Shown here: positions 10,753 through 20,742 of the stretch, in pieces
Layout of the letters: every line of letters begins with the position of its first letter
How positions within the stretch are numbered: position 1 is the first letter of the stretch
Assembly: GCA_963666285.1 (NCBI GenBank)
Contig: OY762711.1
Length of the DNA stretch: 64,000 nucleotides
Direction: 5' to 3' (one strand)
DNA from: Sedimentisphaerales bacterium
GTDB taxonomy: Bacteria; Planctomycetota; Phycisphaerae; Sedimentisphaerales; SM23-30
Notes under the pieces: model-generated
What the model was told of the DNA's origin: nothing
Database searches by the model: none
The model's input: the letters and a program-made list of their open reading frames with translations, nothing else
Program-made: the position numbers and the translations under genes

Positions 10753-12078
10753 TCACTTCTGCAAAAACAGCCATATCCATCCATGAGTTTCATATTCTTT
10801 CGGCAGCTTCTCGTTGAGTTCTAGCATCTGTTCGCTTACTTTTGTTAGCTCTTCTTGAATATCTTTAATTTTATCCTGGTCTTTTTCTCTGTTTGGTCCA
10901 TGGATTTTATCGATAAGCTCTCTGTAGGATTCCCGGACCACTTTCAGTTCTGCCCTGACCTTTTCATACTCAGCTTGTTCCTGCTCAGTAGGTTCCGGGA
11001 GATCGGGTTTCAATCTTGAATAGTCACCGGCGAGAATATCAAGCTTGCCGTCACAATTCCAATCTACTGCACACAACTTTGTACGTGTACCGATAGTCGG
11101 TTCTTTCGGGATATCCCTGCCATACTGTGATTTTGACGAAGGTACAACTTCAACAGGAGCTGCCAGTTCATATTCTTGTGCCGTACCCTTATTCTCATAA
11201 AATGATATACTGCCGTCATCGGCACCAACAAGCAAGTCCGGATCGCCATCGCCATCAATATCTGCGGCACATACACCGGCCCGACTCTTTGCACCAAGCA
11301 GTTTACCGCCGGCTGTCAGCTGTACTTCCTTGCCAAAAGCATATTTGTCAGCAGTACCTTCATTGGGAACAAGATAAATGTTTCCGCTTATATTGCCAAC
11401 GATAAGGTCAAAGTCGCCATCAGCATCCCAATCGACAGCGTTTACTGCAGTGGCAGTACCGGAAATTGCTACAGGTTTTTCCGGGGTGCTCTTTATCGTC
11501 TTGCCATGATATTTAACAATAGTACCATCGTCGGTAGTCTCAAAGTCGGCATTTCCTTTTATTAGAATACCTTCATCGCCACGATCTACAATACCTCCAC
11601 CGGGGTTAATAAATTCATCGCTCTTGTTTTTCAGCATGACAGACGGCTTAAAGGATTTATCTTTTGTTCCTTCAAACAGAAATATCTCGCCGGGCCATGA
11701 ACCGGACAAAACATCAGGATTTCCATCGTTATTGAGGTCCACAACATGTGGTCCGAATCCTATGCATCAGCCGTAAGGGACGGTGCCGTCATTGTCGCCT
11801 GCCTTAAATTTGACACCTTCGACAAGTTTCGGCTCTTTATTGCTGCCGGCATTATGATGTACCCAAAGCGTTCCTCCGGAAAACTCCCCAACCAGTAAAT
11901 CGCGAACACCGTCGCCATCAAAATCACACACAAACGGTGCCGCATGACCTATATTGCCGGTATCGACAGGCTTGCCACCCGCTTCAATTTGGACAGGTTC
12001 GGCAAATTCAATCGCATTGCTAATACCTGAAAACACTAACAGACACGATAAACTTAGCGACATTCTTTTTTGTCCCAT
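10753..12078 (-). CDS. Secreted FG-GAP/VCBS-repeat protein with in-frame TGA (candidate selenocysteine at codon 104, G-U-C motif), 441 aa
   Basis: ORFs 11767..12165 and 10753..11742 are in the same frame. Junction reads GTVPYG-TGA-CIGFGPHVVDLNNDGNPD. ATG at 12078 with an AGGAGAG RBS and signal peptide; DxDGDG..DL repeats on both sides of the TGA. Confidence 0.75.
11736..11754 (-). promoter_or_regulatory. Candidate bacterial SECIS hairpin
   Basis: Starts 12 nt after the UGA: GG-A-CCACA-UGU-UGUGG-A-CC. The apical loop with GU lies about 20 nt from the UGA. Confidence 0.6.
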
Positions 12079-12127
12079 AGATACTCTCCTATAATATTCC
12101 AACTCACTCAGAATAGATGATGTCTGA

Positions 12128-12517
12128 CTATTTCGCCACTTCAACGAATGCCATACGCAAGTCATGGAGACTCATAGACAACATCTTATTTTCATCATCA
12201 GTCAGGTTGCCCTTGGTCTTTTCTTCGAGCATGCTTAGTATATCAATATAATGCTTGGCGGTATCAAGGTCCTTATCTGCTTTCCCTGTTTCCGGGTTAG
12301 CAAAAAGCCCCATACACATCATCGCCTGCATGGCATATGAATTCACCAGCAGCCCAAAATCAACCGGCGGTAAAGGCGGCCTACCCTGGCCGGAAGCTGC
12401 ATCTGCCGAACCGGCTGCATCTTTTGACTCTGCATCCTTACCGGCAAGTTTTTCCTTTTCCTTCCTGGCCTGAGCTTTCCAGTCATCATCGACGATTATC
12501 TTTTTTTCTTCTGACAT
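12128..12517 (-). CDS. DUF1844 domain-containing protein
   Basis: KIIVDDDWK..; AKHYIDILSMLEEKTKGNLTDDE..LHDLRMAFV is the DUF1844 pattern. Confidence 0.85.
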   Translation of the reverse strand: MSEEKKIIVDDDWKAQARKEKEKLAGKDAESKDAAGSADAASGQGRPPLPPVDFGLLVNSYAMQAMMCMGLFANPETGKADKDLDTAKHYIDILSMLEEKTKGNLTDDENKMLSMSLHDLRMAFVEVAK

Positions 12518-12847
12518 ATTTATCTCTCCTGTATTTCGTACCTGATTTATAACTTTTTATAAGTGTATACAAGAATATACATATATCAACCTAAAACTTA
12601 ACACATATATCACCTGCAAACTTACTACTACACAGAGTAGTAATATTGGTCACGATTGAAGTATAACTCCAATTAACAAAACAATCTCACTCTTAAGACA
12701 AACGTCTTACAAACAACAACTTACAACTACTAAACACATTATTAAACCTAAACAGGTAGCAAAAAAACCATATAAGTATATCACTTGAGTTTAATTTTTT
12801 TAACATTAATCTTTACATAACCTGGCTGGAAGTTAAAATCAGAGCTT

Positions 12848-13447
12848 ATGAAGTCATATTTCAATTTATCTATTGTTCCGAATATGATTTTGAGGCTCTG
12901 GCAGTATTATGGTTCGCTTTCTATCTTACAGCAGTGCTCTTTGTTTATCTTTGCAGGCATAGTCATTGGCATGGCACTTTTCATAGCGCGAATTTCAAAT
13001 GCTGCATCATATATATCAGACACACCGGAAACATGTATGAACTGCCATGTTATGACAGATGCATACGCGACCTGGCGACGCAGCAGTCACAGCAGAGTTG
13101 CTGTCTGCAATGACTGCCATGTCCCTCACGATAACACTGCGGCCAAATATGCGTTTAAGGCTATGGACGGAATGAGACATTCATATGTATTTACACTTCG
13201 GAACGAACCTCAGGTTTTAACGCTTTCCGATGGGGCCAAACCGGTAGTCCAGGCAAACTGTATCCGCTGTCACGACCAACAGCTGGAAATGATCAGATTA
13301 GCTGCTGAGTCAGAACGCGCTTGCTGGTTCTGCCATAGCAATATACACAGCTCAGTTCAAAGTTTATCAGCTTCCCCAGAAGTACTTCGGCCCAAGCTGC
13401 CTGATGCCGGGCTGGACTGGATGAAGAAAGGAAAAATAAATGAGTAA
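12848..13447 (+). CDS. nrfH: Cytochrome c nitrite reductase small subunit (tetraheme quinol dehydrogenase)
   Basis: N-terminal TM; CMNCH, CNDCH, CIRCH, CWFCH; overlaps the nrfA start. Confidence 0.95.
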   Translation: MKSYFNLSIVPNMILRLWQYYGSLSILQQCSLFIFAGIVIGMALFIARISNAASYISDTPETCMNCHVMTDAYATWRRSSHSRVAVCNDCHVPHDNTAAKYAFKAMDGMRHSYVFTLRNEPQVLTLSDGAKPVVQANCIRCHDQQLEMIRLAAESERACWFCHSNIHSSVQSLSASPEVLRPKLPDAGLDWMKKGKINE

Positions 13448-14840
13448 AAACAAAAATAATAATATCAACCCGCAAGTTAAACTCCCGATCTGGGCAGGCC
13501 TGCTGATAATGTGCCTTTGCGCCGCAATTGTGTTTCTTATCGCCATCCTGACAATGAGTATCACAGAACGCAGATGGGAAGCTCAAAGACCGGCTATGGT
13601 TCTCAAACCAATTGAAGGCTGGCAGCCGGACAATGCAGTATGGGGCCAGAACTATCCACGTGAATACGAATCCTACCTGAAAATGAAAGATGATACAACC
13701 CAAACCAAATATGGCGGAGCGTTCCCGCGTGACTACCTGGAAGACGATCCGAGACAGGTATTGCTCTTTGCCGGTTACGGTTTCAGTAAAGATTACCTGC
13801 AGGCCCGTGGCCATATTTATGCTGTTGATGACGTCAAAAAGACCAAACGTATTACAAAACCTTTCAATGCCGGAACATGCTTTACCTGTAAGAGCCCGGA
13901 CGTACCAAGATTAATGGACAAAATGGGAGTTGCGGAATTTTATGCGGCCAATTTCCACGACCTGTCAGACGAAATTAAACACCCGATCGGATGCCAGGAT
14001 TGCCATGACCCAGAAACAATGAACCTTGCTATATCTCGTCCGGCATTAAAAGAAGCTTTTGCCAATATGGGCCGGGATATAAACGAGGCAACACACCAGG
14101 AAATGCGGTCACTGGTATGCGCCCAATGCCATGTCGAATATTATTTCAAAAAAGATCCCAAAAATTACCTTACCTTCCCTTGGCACAAAGGTACAACTGT
14201 TGAAGATATGATCAAGTATTATGATGAGGTTGGCCATATAGATTACGTAAATGCAATTTCAAAAACACCGATAGTTAAAGCCCAGCATCCAGACTATGAA
14301 ATATATCTCACAGGGGTACATGCCTATAATAACGTTGCCTGCGCAGACTGCCATATGCCGTATCGAACTGAAGGCGGAATGAAGTTCACTGACCATCATG
14401 TACAAAGCCCTCTGTTAAACATATCTAACAGCTGTGCGGTATGCCATCGCTGGAGCGAAGAAGAAATTCTTAAACGGGTTGAAAGTATCCAGGACAAAGT
14501 TCAAAATGCAATGATCATGGCAGAAGAAGCAATAGTAAAAGCTCACTTTGAAATTGCCGTCGGCATAAAAGCCGGTGCCGATGATGAAGAACTGGCCGAG
14601 GCCCGCAAACTGGTACGACATGCCCAATTCCGCTGGGATTATGTTTCAGCAAATAATGGCATGGGATTTCATGCTCCACAGGAATGTACCCGAATACTGG
14701 GCGAAGCTGCCAATGAAGCCCAGGAAGCCAGACTGATTATTACCAGACTGCTGGCAACCAAAGGAATAACCGAAAAGCAGACTTACCCAGATTATAATTC
14801 CAAGGCAAAAGCAACAGCAATTATCAAACAATACCAATAA
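13440..14840 (+). CDS. nrfA: Ammonia-forming cytochrome c nitrite reductase catalytic subunit
   Basis: CFTCK (CxxCK) plus four CxxCH motifs; KAQHPDYE diagnostic motif. Confidence 0.97.
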   Translation: MSKNKNNNINPQVKLPIWAGLLIMCLCAAIVFLIAILTMSITERRWEAQRPAMVLKPIEGWQPDNAVWGQNYPREYESYLKMKDDTTQTKYGGAFPRDYLEDDPRQVLLFAGYGFSKDYLQARGHIYAVDDVKKTKRITKPFNAGTCFTCKSPDVPRLMDKMGVAEFYAANFHDLSDEIKHPIGCQDCHDPETMNLAISRPALKEAFANMGRDINEATHQEMRSLVCAQCHVEYYFKKDPKNYLTFPWHKGTTVEDMIKYYDEVGHIDYVNAISKTPIVKAQHPDYEIYLTGVHAYNNVACADCHMPYRTEGGMKFTDHHVQSPLLNISNSCAVCHRWSEEEILKRVESIQDKVQNAMIMAEEAIVKAHFEIAVGIKAGADDEELAEARKLVRHAQFRWDYVSANNGMGFHAPQECTRILGEAANEAQEARLIITRLLATKGITEKQTYPDYNSKAKATAIIKQYQ

Positions 14841-14856
14841 ATAATTAGCAGATCCC

Positions 14857-14892
14857 AAAAAGAATGACCCGGCCAGAAAACTGACCGGGCCA
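14857..14892 (-). terminator. Hairpin terminator between nrfA and the convergent gene
   Basis: Minus strand UGGCCCGGUCAG-UUUU-CUGGCCGGGUCA-UUCUUUUU. Confidence 0.6.
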
Positions 14893-14999
14893 ATTCCAAA
14901 AGGCAGTGTCAATTATTATTAAGGGTACTTCTAGGAATTGCTTTTGTTGCGAAAGATCCAACTTTCGCTAAAAATTAATTTTTAGAGGTGCCATTAATA

Positions 15000-17297
15000 T
15001 TAAAACTCAGACATAGGTTCAGCTTTTCCTTCAGCATCATCTATACCAACTGCAGGTTTCGTTTCCAGTCCGGCTTTTGTCCTTAGCTCATTATCTGCTT
15101 TGATCTTATCCTTAAAACCATCCGGCCAAAGAGTTTCAACATGCCCATCAGAAAACAGGGTAATTACGAACCCTTGCTTACCTTTCATATGATCAGGACA
15201 ATAAGCCAAAATCATCTGCGAATCGCAGCCATCCTTCAAATCACCACCGCGGTATACATAACCATTTATATGCTGCGGACATTCAGGACAACCGTCTTTT
15301 AGATAGCCTTCCAGATCGTCCAGGCTTTCTGGGTATTTATTATTGTCAAGCTGATAAGTAATTATTGCTGTGCCGATTATTTTCAGATTCGATAAACACA
15401 CTGCTTTTTGTGCATTTTCCTGGGCCTTATGCATCGCAGGAGAAACAACAGCACCGACAACACCCACATATGCCGAGCCGATAGCGGCAATAGCAACCCC
15501 ATCGGTTTCGATATGCGACATCACTCCGGTTTCGCCAACTGGATAAGACCAGGAAACAGATGGCGGCAAATCATCAAACAGGGTCTGAACCTGCGGCAGC
15601 ATAGGCGGCAGCACAATATCTTTCTGGGATGCGACCATCGTCAGCATAGGCCAGTAAGTATTCATTGTCGTACACATAGCCTTCAGAAAATCTTCAGAAT
15701 CTGTATATTCGAGATAATAAAGTTCAGCAGGAGCTTCAGCAACAGCTGCCTTGTATTTCTCATCCGACAAAATCGACATTGAAAGATCTTCGGCATTCCA
15801 AAGCTCAACTGTCTTTGCCGCAGACTGAGCCGAAGTAGATATTATAATATGTGTTTCGTCAAGGGTTACAATATTGGGCTGCAAACCAAACATAGCAAGC
15901 TGAGGAACAAGAATAGACCGAAACGCCTTACCATCCTGCTCGGTTATATTATAATTCAGTGAAACCGGAGAGCCTTCCAATTGTTCTTTAGCAAACCCGA
16001 CCAGACCATCAATTGTCTGACCAAACAAATCGGCATCCTTTACAGTCATAAGACATGAAACACTGCCGCCCATCAAACCGGTAGTCTGGTTTGTATTGAA
16101 GCTCGTCAATACTTCACCTGTTATATTATGCAACAGTCCATCGCCAAGATTTACACCTATCTCTTCCTGAAATCCATTTAAACCTTTTTCAATTTCTGCT
16201 ATGGCATTTTCATCTACCGCGGCAATCATGTCGCGATACATATAAAACAATTTCTCAAAATTGTAATTAAACATACTAAACCCAGTCGAGTCAGCAGGAA
16301 CAACCTTTATAAGTTTTTTATCTATTGGCCTGCTAAAATCAGCAAACACTGAACTGCCAAGCTGATCGCCAAACACATCAAGCACAACCTGCTTGCCCTT
16401 GAAACCAATCCTGTAATAAAGAGTGCCAAGTTCCTTAAGGTTCATCTTTTCAAACATTCCCTTTACGGCTTGAGCTTCTTTGTCTCCACTGGCATCCATC
16501 ATCTGCTCGATCATATTAAAATAATTCTTATAATTCAATGCTGCAATAATTCCATCACCATCATACTCTGGTCCGGCGAAAGCCATAACAGGTTTTGAAC
16601 GTGCCTTGATATTTGCAGCCAGTTTCTGTAGATATGCATCTTCCTGACCATCAACCGTAAGGATAAAAATAACATGATCGCCAATATTTGCAAGACACAT
16701 TACCGGCTCGACATCTTCATCATCATCTTCGTCATCGTCCGCATCTTCATCATCATCTTTTTCAGAAAATTTTATTACCTTACCAACAGCTTGAACCTTT
16801 TCAGTTTCAACTTCAAGGTCATCTGCCATATCATGTTTTTCAAATGAACTGATTATAGTATCCTTAATAACCTCAACCTTAGCCTGACCGCCGGTAGAAA
16901 CTACATAGAGACACCCTTCGATCTGTTCATTGCGAGGATCGAATTTATCAATAACAACTCCGGCAAGAACCGGGTCCTTAAAGATACGAGTCTGCTCGGC
17001 AATTCCTTTAACAAATTCGATCTTTTCCATAACATCGCTATCCAGATCAATTTGAGGAAAAACAGCAGTCTTTACCTGCTCGACAAAAGTTTTAACCGAA
17101 GGATCATTAGCCAGATCATTAAGAACGGTTTGTTCAAAATCATCTGACAGCTTGTCACTACCGCTGCCGGCGATATAAAAAATAGAGTCATCCAGAGCTA
17201 GACCCGCCAACTGATGAGCGGCAGATGAGGCATCAGCCGAATTAGAAAATAACACCCCAAAAACAATAACCAATAAAGACAGTAATTTAGCTTTCAT
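15000..17297 (-). CDS. Secreted hypothetical protein (DUF3352-like body) with C-terminal pilin-like/H-X9-DG module
   Basis: Signal peptide; acidic linker; C-terminal SPAMHKAQENAQKAVCLSNLKIIGTAIITY and ITLFSDGHVE. Confidence 0.6.
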   Translation of the reverse strand: MKAKLLSLLVIVFGVLFSNSADASSAAHQLAGLALDDSIFYIAGSGSDKLSDDFEQTVLNDLANDPSVKTFVEQVKTAVFPQIDLDSDVMEKIEFVKGIAEQTRIFKDPVLAGVVIDKFDPRNEQIEGCLYVVSTGGQAKVEVIKDTIISSFEKHDMADDLEVETEKVQAVGKVIKFSEKDDDEDADDDEDDDEDVEPVMCLANIGDHVIFILTVDGQEDAYLQKLAANIKARSKPVMAFAGPEYDGDGIIAALNYKNYFNMIEQMMDASGDKEAQAVKGMFEKMNLKELGTLYYRIGFKGKQVVLDVFGDQLGSSVFADFSRPIDKKLIKVVPADSTGFSMFNYNFEKLFYMYRDMIAAVDENAIAEIEKGLNGFQEEIGVNLGDGLLHNITGEVLTSFNTNQTTGLMGGSVSCLMTVKDADLFGQTIDGLVGFAKEQLEGSPVSLNYNITEQDGKAFRSILVPQLAMFGLQPNIVTLDETHIIISTSAQSAAKTVELWNAEDLSMSILSDEKYKAAVAEAPAELYYLEYTDSEDFLKAMCTTMNTYWPMLTMVASQKDIVLPPMLPQVQTLFDDLPPSVSWSYPVGETGVMSHIETDGVAIAAIGSAYVGVVGAVVSPAMHKAQENAQKAVCLSNLKIIGTAIITYQLDNNKYPESLDDLEGYLKDGCPECPQHINGYVYRGGDLKDGCDSQMILAYCPDHMKGKQGFVITLFSDGHVETLWPDGFKDKIKADNELRTKAGLETKPAVGIDDAEGKAEPMSEF

Positions 17298-17756
17298 AAC
17301 ATAACCTCTTTCAAATCATTGATTTACTTAACGTCACAAAAAAAATAACCTCTTGATATTAATATTTAACACTTAAATGACAAAAAAGTTACAAAAATCA
17401 TTTTCAAGCCATAAATGCCTGCATCTTGACGATACTATATCAACAAATATGGGGAAATTATAAGTCTCTATTCTTAAAAGAGGATTCAAAAGTACATCTT
17501 GCATAAAACACAAAATATAAAGCGTCCTAAAGTAAGGTTTTACAATGAGATAAAACACTTTTGAGATTTTGCTATATATATAAAAGCGGAGTATCATTGT
17601 GGCAAATTAAGCAAAAAAACAGCCAGGAAAAGAAGATAGTAGACACATACAGCTAGTTGATATCACAGGGAGAAAAAACTGTTTCGAGAGTAAAAATAAA
17701 GGCTGCAAAATGCAAATTCTGCAGCCTCTGAAATTATAGCAACACCGTTTTTATGA

Positions 17757-20165
17757 TTATTGACACATCTCAACATATATATGGGTACAATTAAGCCATT
17801 CTTCACAGATAAGAGTAAAATCGAGTAAATTGACCATACAATCATTATTCAGATCACCTGCCATTACAGGAGAACAACCGTAATCATATATAAGTTCTAT
17901 GCCGGGATTATTGGCTTTTATCGCTGGAATATGAACCTGATATGCTTCCAATGAAAGCTGTTCGATATCATGAATATCCAATTTCTGTAAGGTATTTATT
18001 TCGGGATCAGCTAATCGAGAAATATCACCTATTGGATTACTATACAGATATATGTAGCGTATCTTTTCCCAATTTGAAAGGTCGGGAATATCACCTATGT
18101 CATTATTAGCTAAATGAACATATTCCAAAGTACTGATATTCTTAATCCCATCAATATCATCAATATCATTAGTATACAAATAAACAGTCTTTAAACTAAT
18201 GGCCGTCTCAAGGCCGACAAGACTGGTTATCCCTAAACTATTAGCCCTTAGATAAGTTAATTTTAACATATCTGTTTCCGTAATCGGAGGATAAATACCT
18301 TGCTTGGCCAACTCATCCTCAACGGCTTTCTGCAGATTGGCATCTTCAAAATATACTACATCCTGAATAAACTCGTAAGCCCCCATATCAACGACTCCAT
18401 TGGGCTCAAAGTCCGGGCCGGGATAAACTCCGGTATCAAGAGTAAACGGGTCGTCCATACAGCGAGGATAGCCATCAAGGTCTAGTTGCAATTCTAACGG
18501 AACGGCAGAGCCGTCGCCGGCATCAATACAAGGTGAGTTTGGTGAGAGCCTAAAATTGTCATCAAGATTACCGGGCATCCAATCTGGACCTGCAGGATCA
18601 ACAAGCATAGGATCATTTCCAATATTTCCTTCTCCGCCTAAATCTCCGGTCAAACCCTGTATACAGCAATAGTTAACATTTACATTTGTATTGGTGCCAC
18701 CAATCTGAGCTGTCTCATCCTGCAAGCTAAAATTCGTATCAACATTTTCCCAGAATATACAATTTGTTACCTTAGGGTAGCAATAGTATCCGGCATTTGC
18801 TATCCCTCCGCCATATTCCTTTGCCAAATTCCACCAGAATGTACAATTGATAAATTCAGCAGTGTTTGGAAATCTTGAATCATAATACGTATTAAATATT
18901 GCTCCACCACTATATGACTGACTGCTATTATAACTAAATATACAATTATAAAATTTAGCCGCTCTACTATAATTATATACAGCCCCACCATATCCGACTT
19001 CTGTTCTATTATTATAGAATTCACAACCAAAAAATTCTGAATAGCTAAAACTATTTAACACTGCTCCACCACTATTATACGCTTCATTATCCAGAAATAT
19101 TGAATCTAGAACCCTAATATCACAACTGTCGTTGAATATAGCACCACCATCTGCCGTAGTATAATTTGAATAAAATTGGCAGTTGCTTGCAACAGGAAAG
19201 CTGCCATTACTTATCACTCCAGAATGATAATTATATATAGCACCTCCATTATTAGACTTATTCATTTCGAATAAACAATTTTCAAAAGCCGGACTACTAT
19301 CCTCATTTATAAATACGGCACCACCTTTCGAACTTTCATTACTAATAAAATCACAATCAAATATTTTAAGACTACTATATAATGTATACAAAGCTCCGCC
19401 ATCATTAGCATTATTAGAAATAAAGTAACAATCTTCAATTTTCCAGTTAATACTATTAGATTGACAATATATACCACCGCCACGCTTCGAATAATTATTA
19501 CTAAATTGGCACTCAGTAACAACCGGCTTACATCCAACATCCTTATTATATATACCTCCACCATATTCTTTTGAAGCATTTCCTGTAAATATACAATTAG
19601 TTACCGTTGGACTGCTATTTGTAGTATTATACCACCCCCCACCTCTATCATAATCGGCTGTTCCATCGGCCTGGCCTCCGTAAACTGTAATACCATCAAG
19701 TGCTGTTAGCGGACCACAAAATTGTCCAACAAGAACGTGATAGCTATTATCTGCCCTGGTTGTATCTGCAATCAAATTGACAGCTTCAACTCCAGGTTCG
19801 TCATCACCAAGCAAATCACCGCTTAACAATGTAACATTATTACTAATATCCCTTTCACCGCCACCAGCAGGATATCCACCATAAATTATAACTCCATTCT
19901 TGAATACAAAAGACGCTTCACGATCACCTGGCGTATAACCATCACCTTTATCCGGACAATAAGTACCGGCAGCGACACGAATTTCATCATAAGCAACGGC
20001 CTCGGCAACAGCATCCTGCAAATAAATATAAGCATCCTCCCATGAGGTGCCATTATCAGCACCAACTGAGGCAGCGTCTACATATATAATCTTTGCATCT
20101 AAACCCTGAGAAAAAAACACTAATAGTAATCCAACAATCATTCTCAACAATAATATCTTCTTCAT
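17757..20165 (-). CDS. Secreted right-handed beta-helix protein with LRR and dockerin-like C-terminus
   Basis: Likely start MKKILLL at 20165. IYVD..GTSWEDAY; repeated 'N.F..N.A..GGA'; SPCIDAG..VDMGAYE; internalin-like LRRs; GDLNNDCMVNLLDF. Confidence 0.8.
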   Translation of the reverse strand: MKKILLLRMIVGLLLVFFSQGLDAKIIYVDAASVGADNGTSWEDAYIYLQDAVAEAVAYDEIRVAAGTYCPDKGDGYTPGDREASFVFKNGVIIYGGYPAGGGERDISNNVTLLSGDLLGDDEPGVEAVNLIADTTRADNSYHVLVGQFCGPLTALDGITVYGGQADGTADYDRGGGWYNTTNSSPTVTNCIFTGNASKEYGGGIYNKDVGCKPVVTECQFSNNYSKRGGGIYCQSNSINWKIEDCYFISNNANDGGALYTLYSSLKIFDCDFISNESSKGGAVFINEDSSPAFENCLFEMNKSNNGGAIYNYHSGVISNGSFPVASNCQFYSNYTTADGGAIFNDSCDIRVLDSIFLDNEAYNSGGAVLNSFSYSEFFGCEFYNNRTEVGYGGAVYNYSRAAKFYNCIFSYNSSQSYSGGAIFNTYYDSRFPNTAEFINCTFWWNLAKEYGGGIANAGYYCYPKVTNCIFWENVDTNFSLQDETAQIGGTNTNVNVNYCCIQGLTGDLGGEGNIGNDPMLVDPAGPDWMPGNLDDNFRLSPNSPCIDAGDGSAVPLELQLDLDGYPRCMDDPFTLDTGVYPGPDFEPNGVVDMGAYEFIQDVVYFEDANLQKAVEDELAKQGIYPPITETDMLKLTYLRANSLGITSLVGLETAISLKTVYLYTNDIDDIDGIKNISTLEYVHLANNDIGDIPDLSNWEKIRYIYLYSNPIGDISRLADPEINTLQKLDIHDIEQLSLEAYQVHIPAIKANNPGIELIYDYGCSPVMAGDLNNDCMVNLLDFTLICEEWLNCTHIYVEMCQ

Positions 20166-20742
20166 TTTATAGCTCCAAGAGTAATAAAAGCAGTTAAACA
20201 ATAAATTAAGACAACAAGCCAAAAGTATTACAACCGCAAACCAGTTAACCAAAAAAGTTAACATACAAAAACATTACTTAAACACTAGGAACTATAAACC
20301 ATGTATTTCAAATTAAATAAACCGATAAATTTCAATAGTGCTAAAATAAAAAATCTTAAATAACAAAACATTCCACAATAAAGATAAATGATATAACAAA
20401 GTAAACATTAACAGTAATTTATAAAACACATAACTTTTGATGGTTTAATATATACACTGTATTTTTATTAAAATAACTTTATTATATTTAGTATTATTTA
20501 CCCTAAACTAGGTAAAAACAATTAGTTAAACCTTCCCTAAATATAGAGTACAAATATAAAAACCATCAAGAAAACTCATAAATAAAAAGGGGATATCGCC
20601 TATAATAAAAAGGCAAGATACAAACAGTTTCATAATTGAATACCCTTATAATTTATTATCAATTAATTGACAATAAATCACATACGGTATATATTGGAAC
20701 CTGTACAGAAACAATAACTTAACAATAATAATTGACACTTTT

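Noticed and set aside
11767..11769. Genome-wide TGA reassignment
   Set aside because: Other genes (e.g. blaI and the ABC-ATPase) end normally at TGA, and Trp uses TGG.
12690..12735. IHF-like or palindromic AAnnACTTAC motifs in AT-rich spacers (also near 23520 and 32560)
   Set aside because: Too degenerate to distinguish from AT-rich background without statistics.
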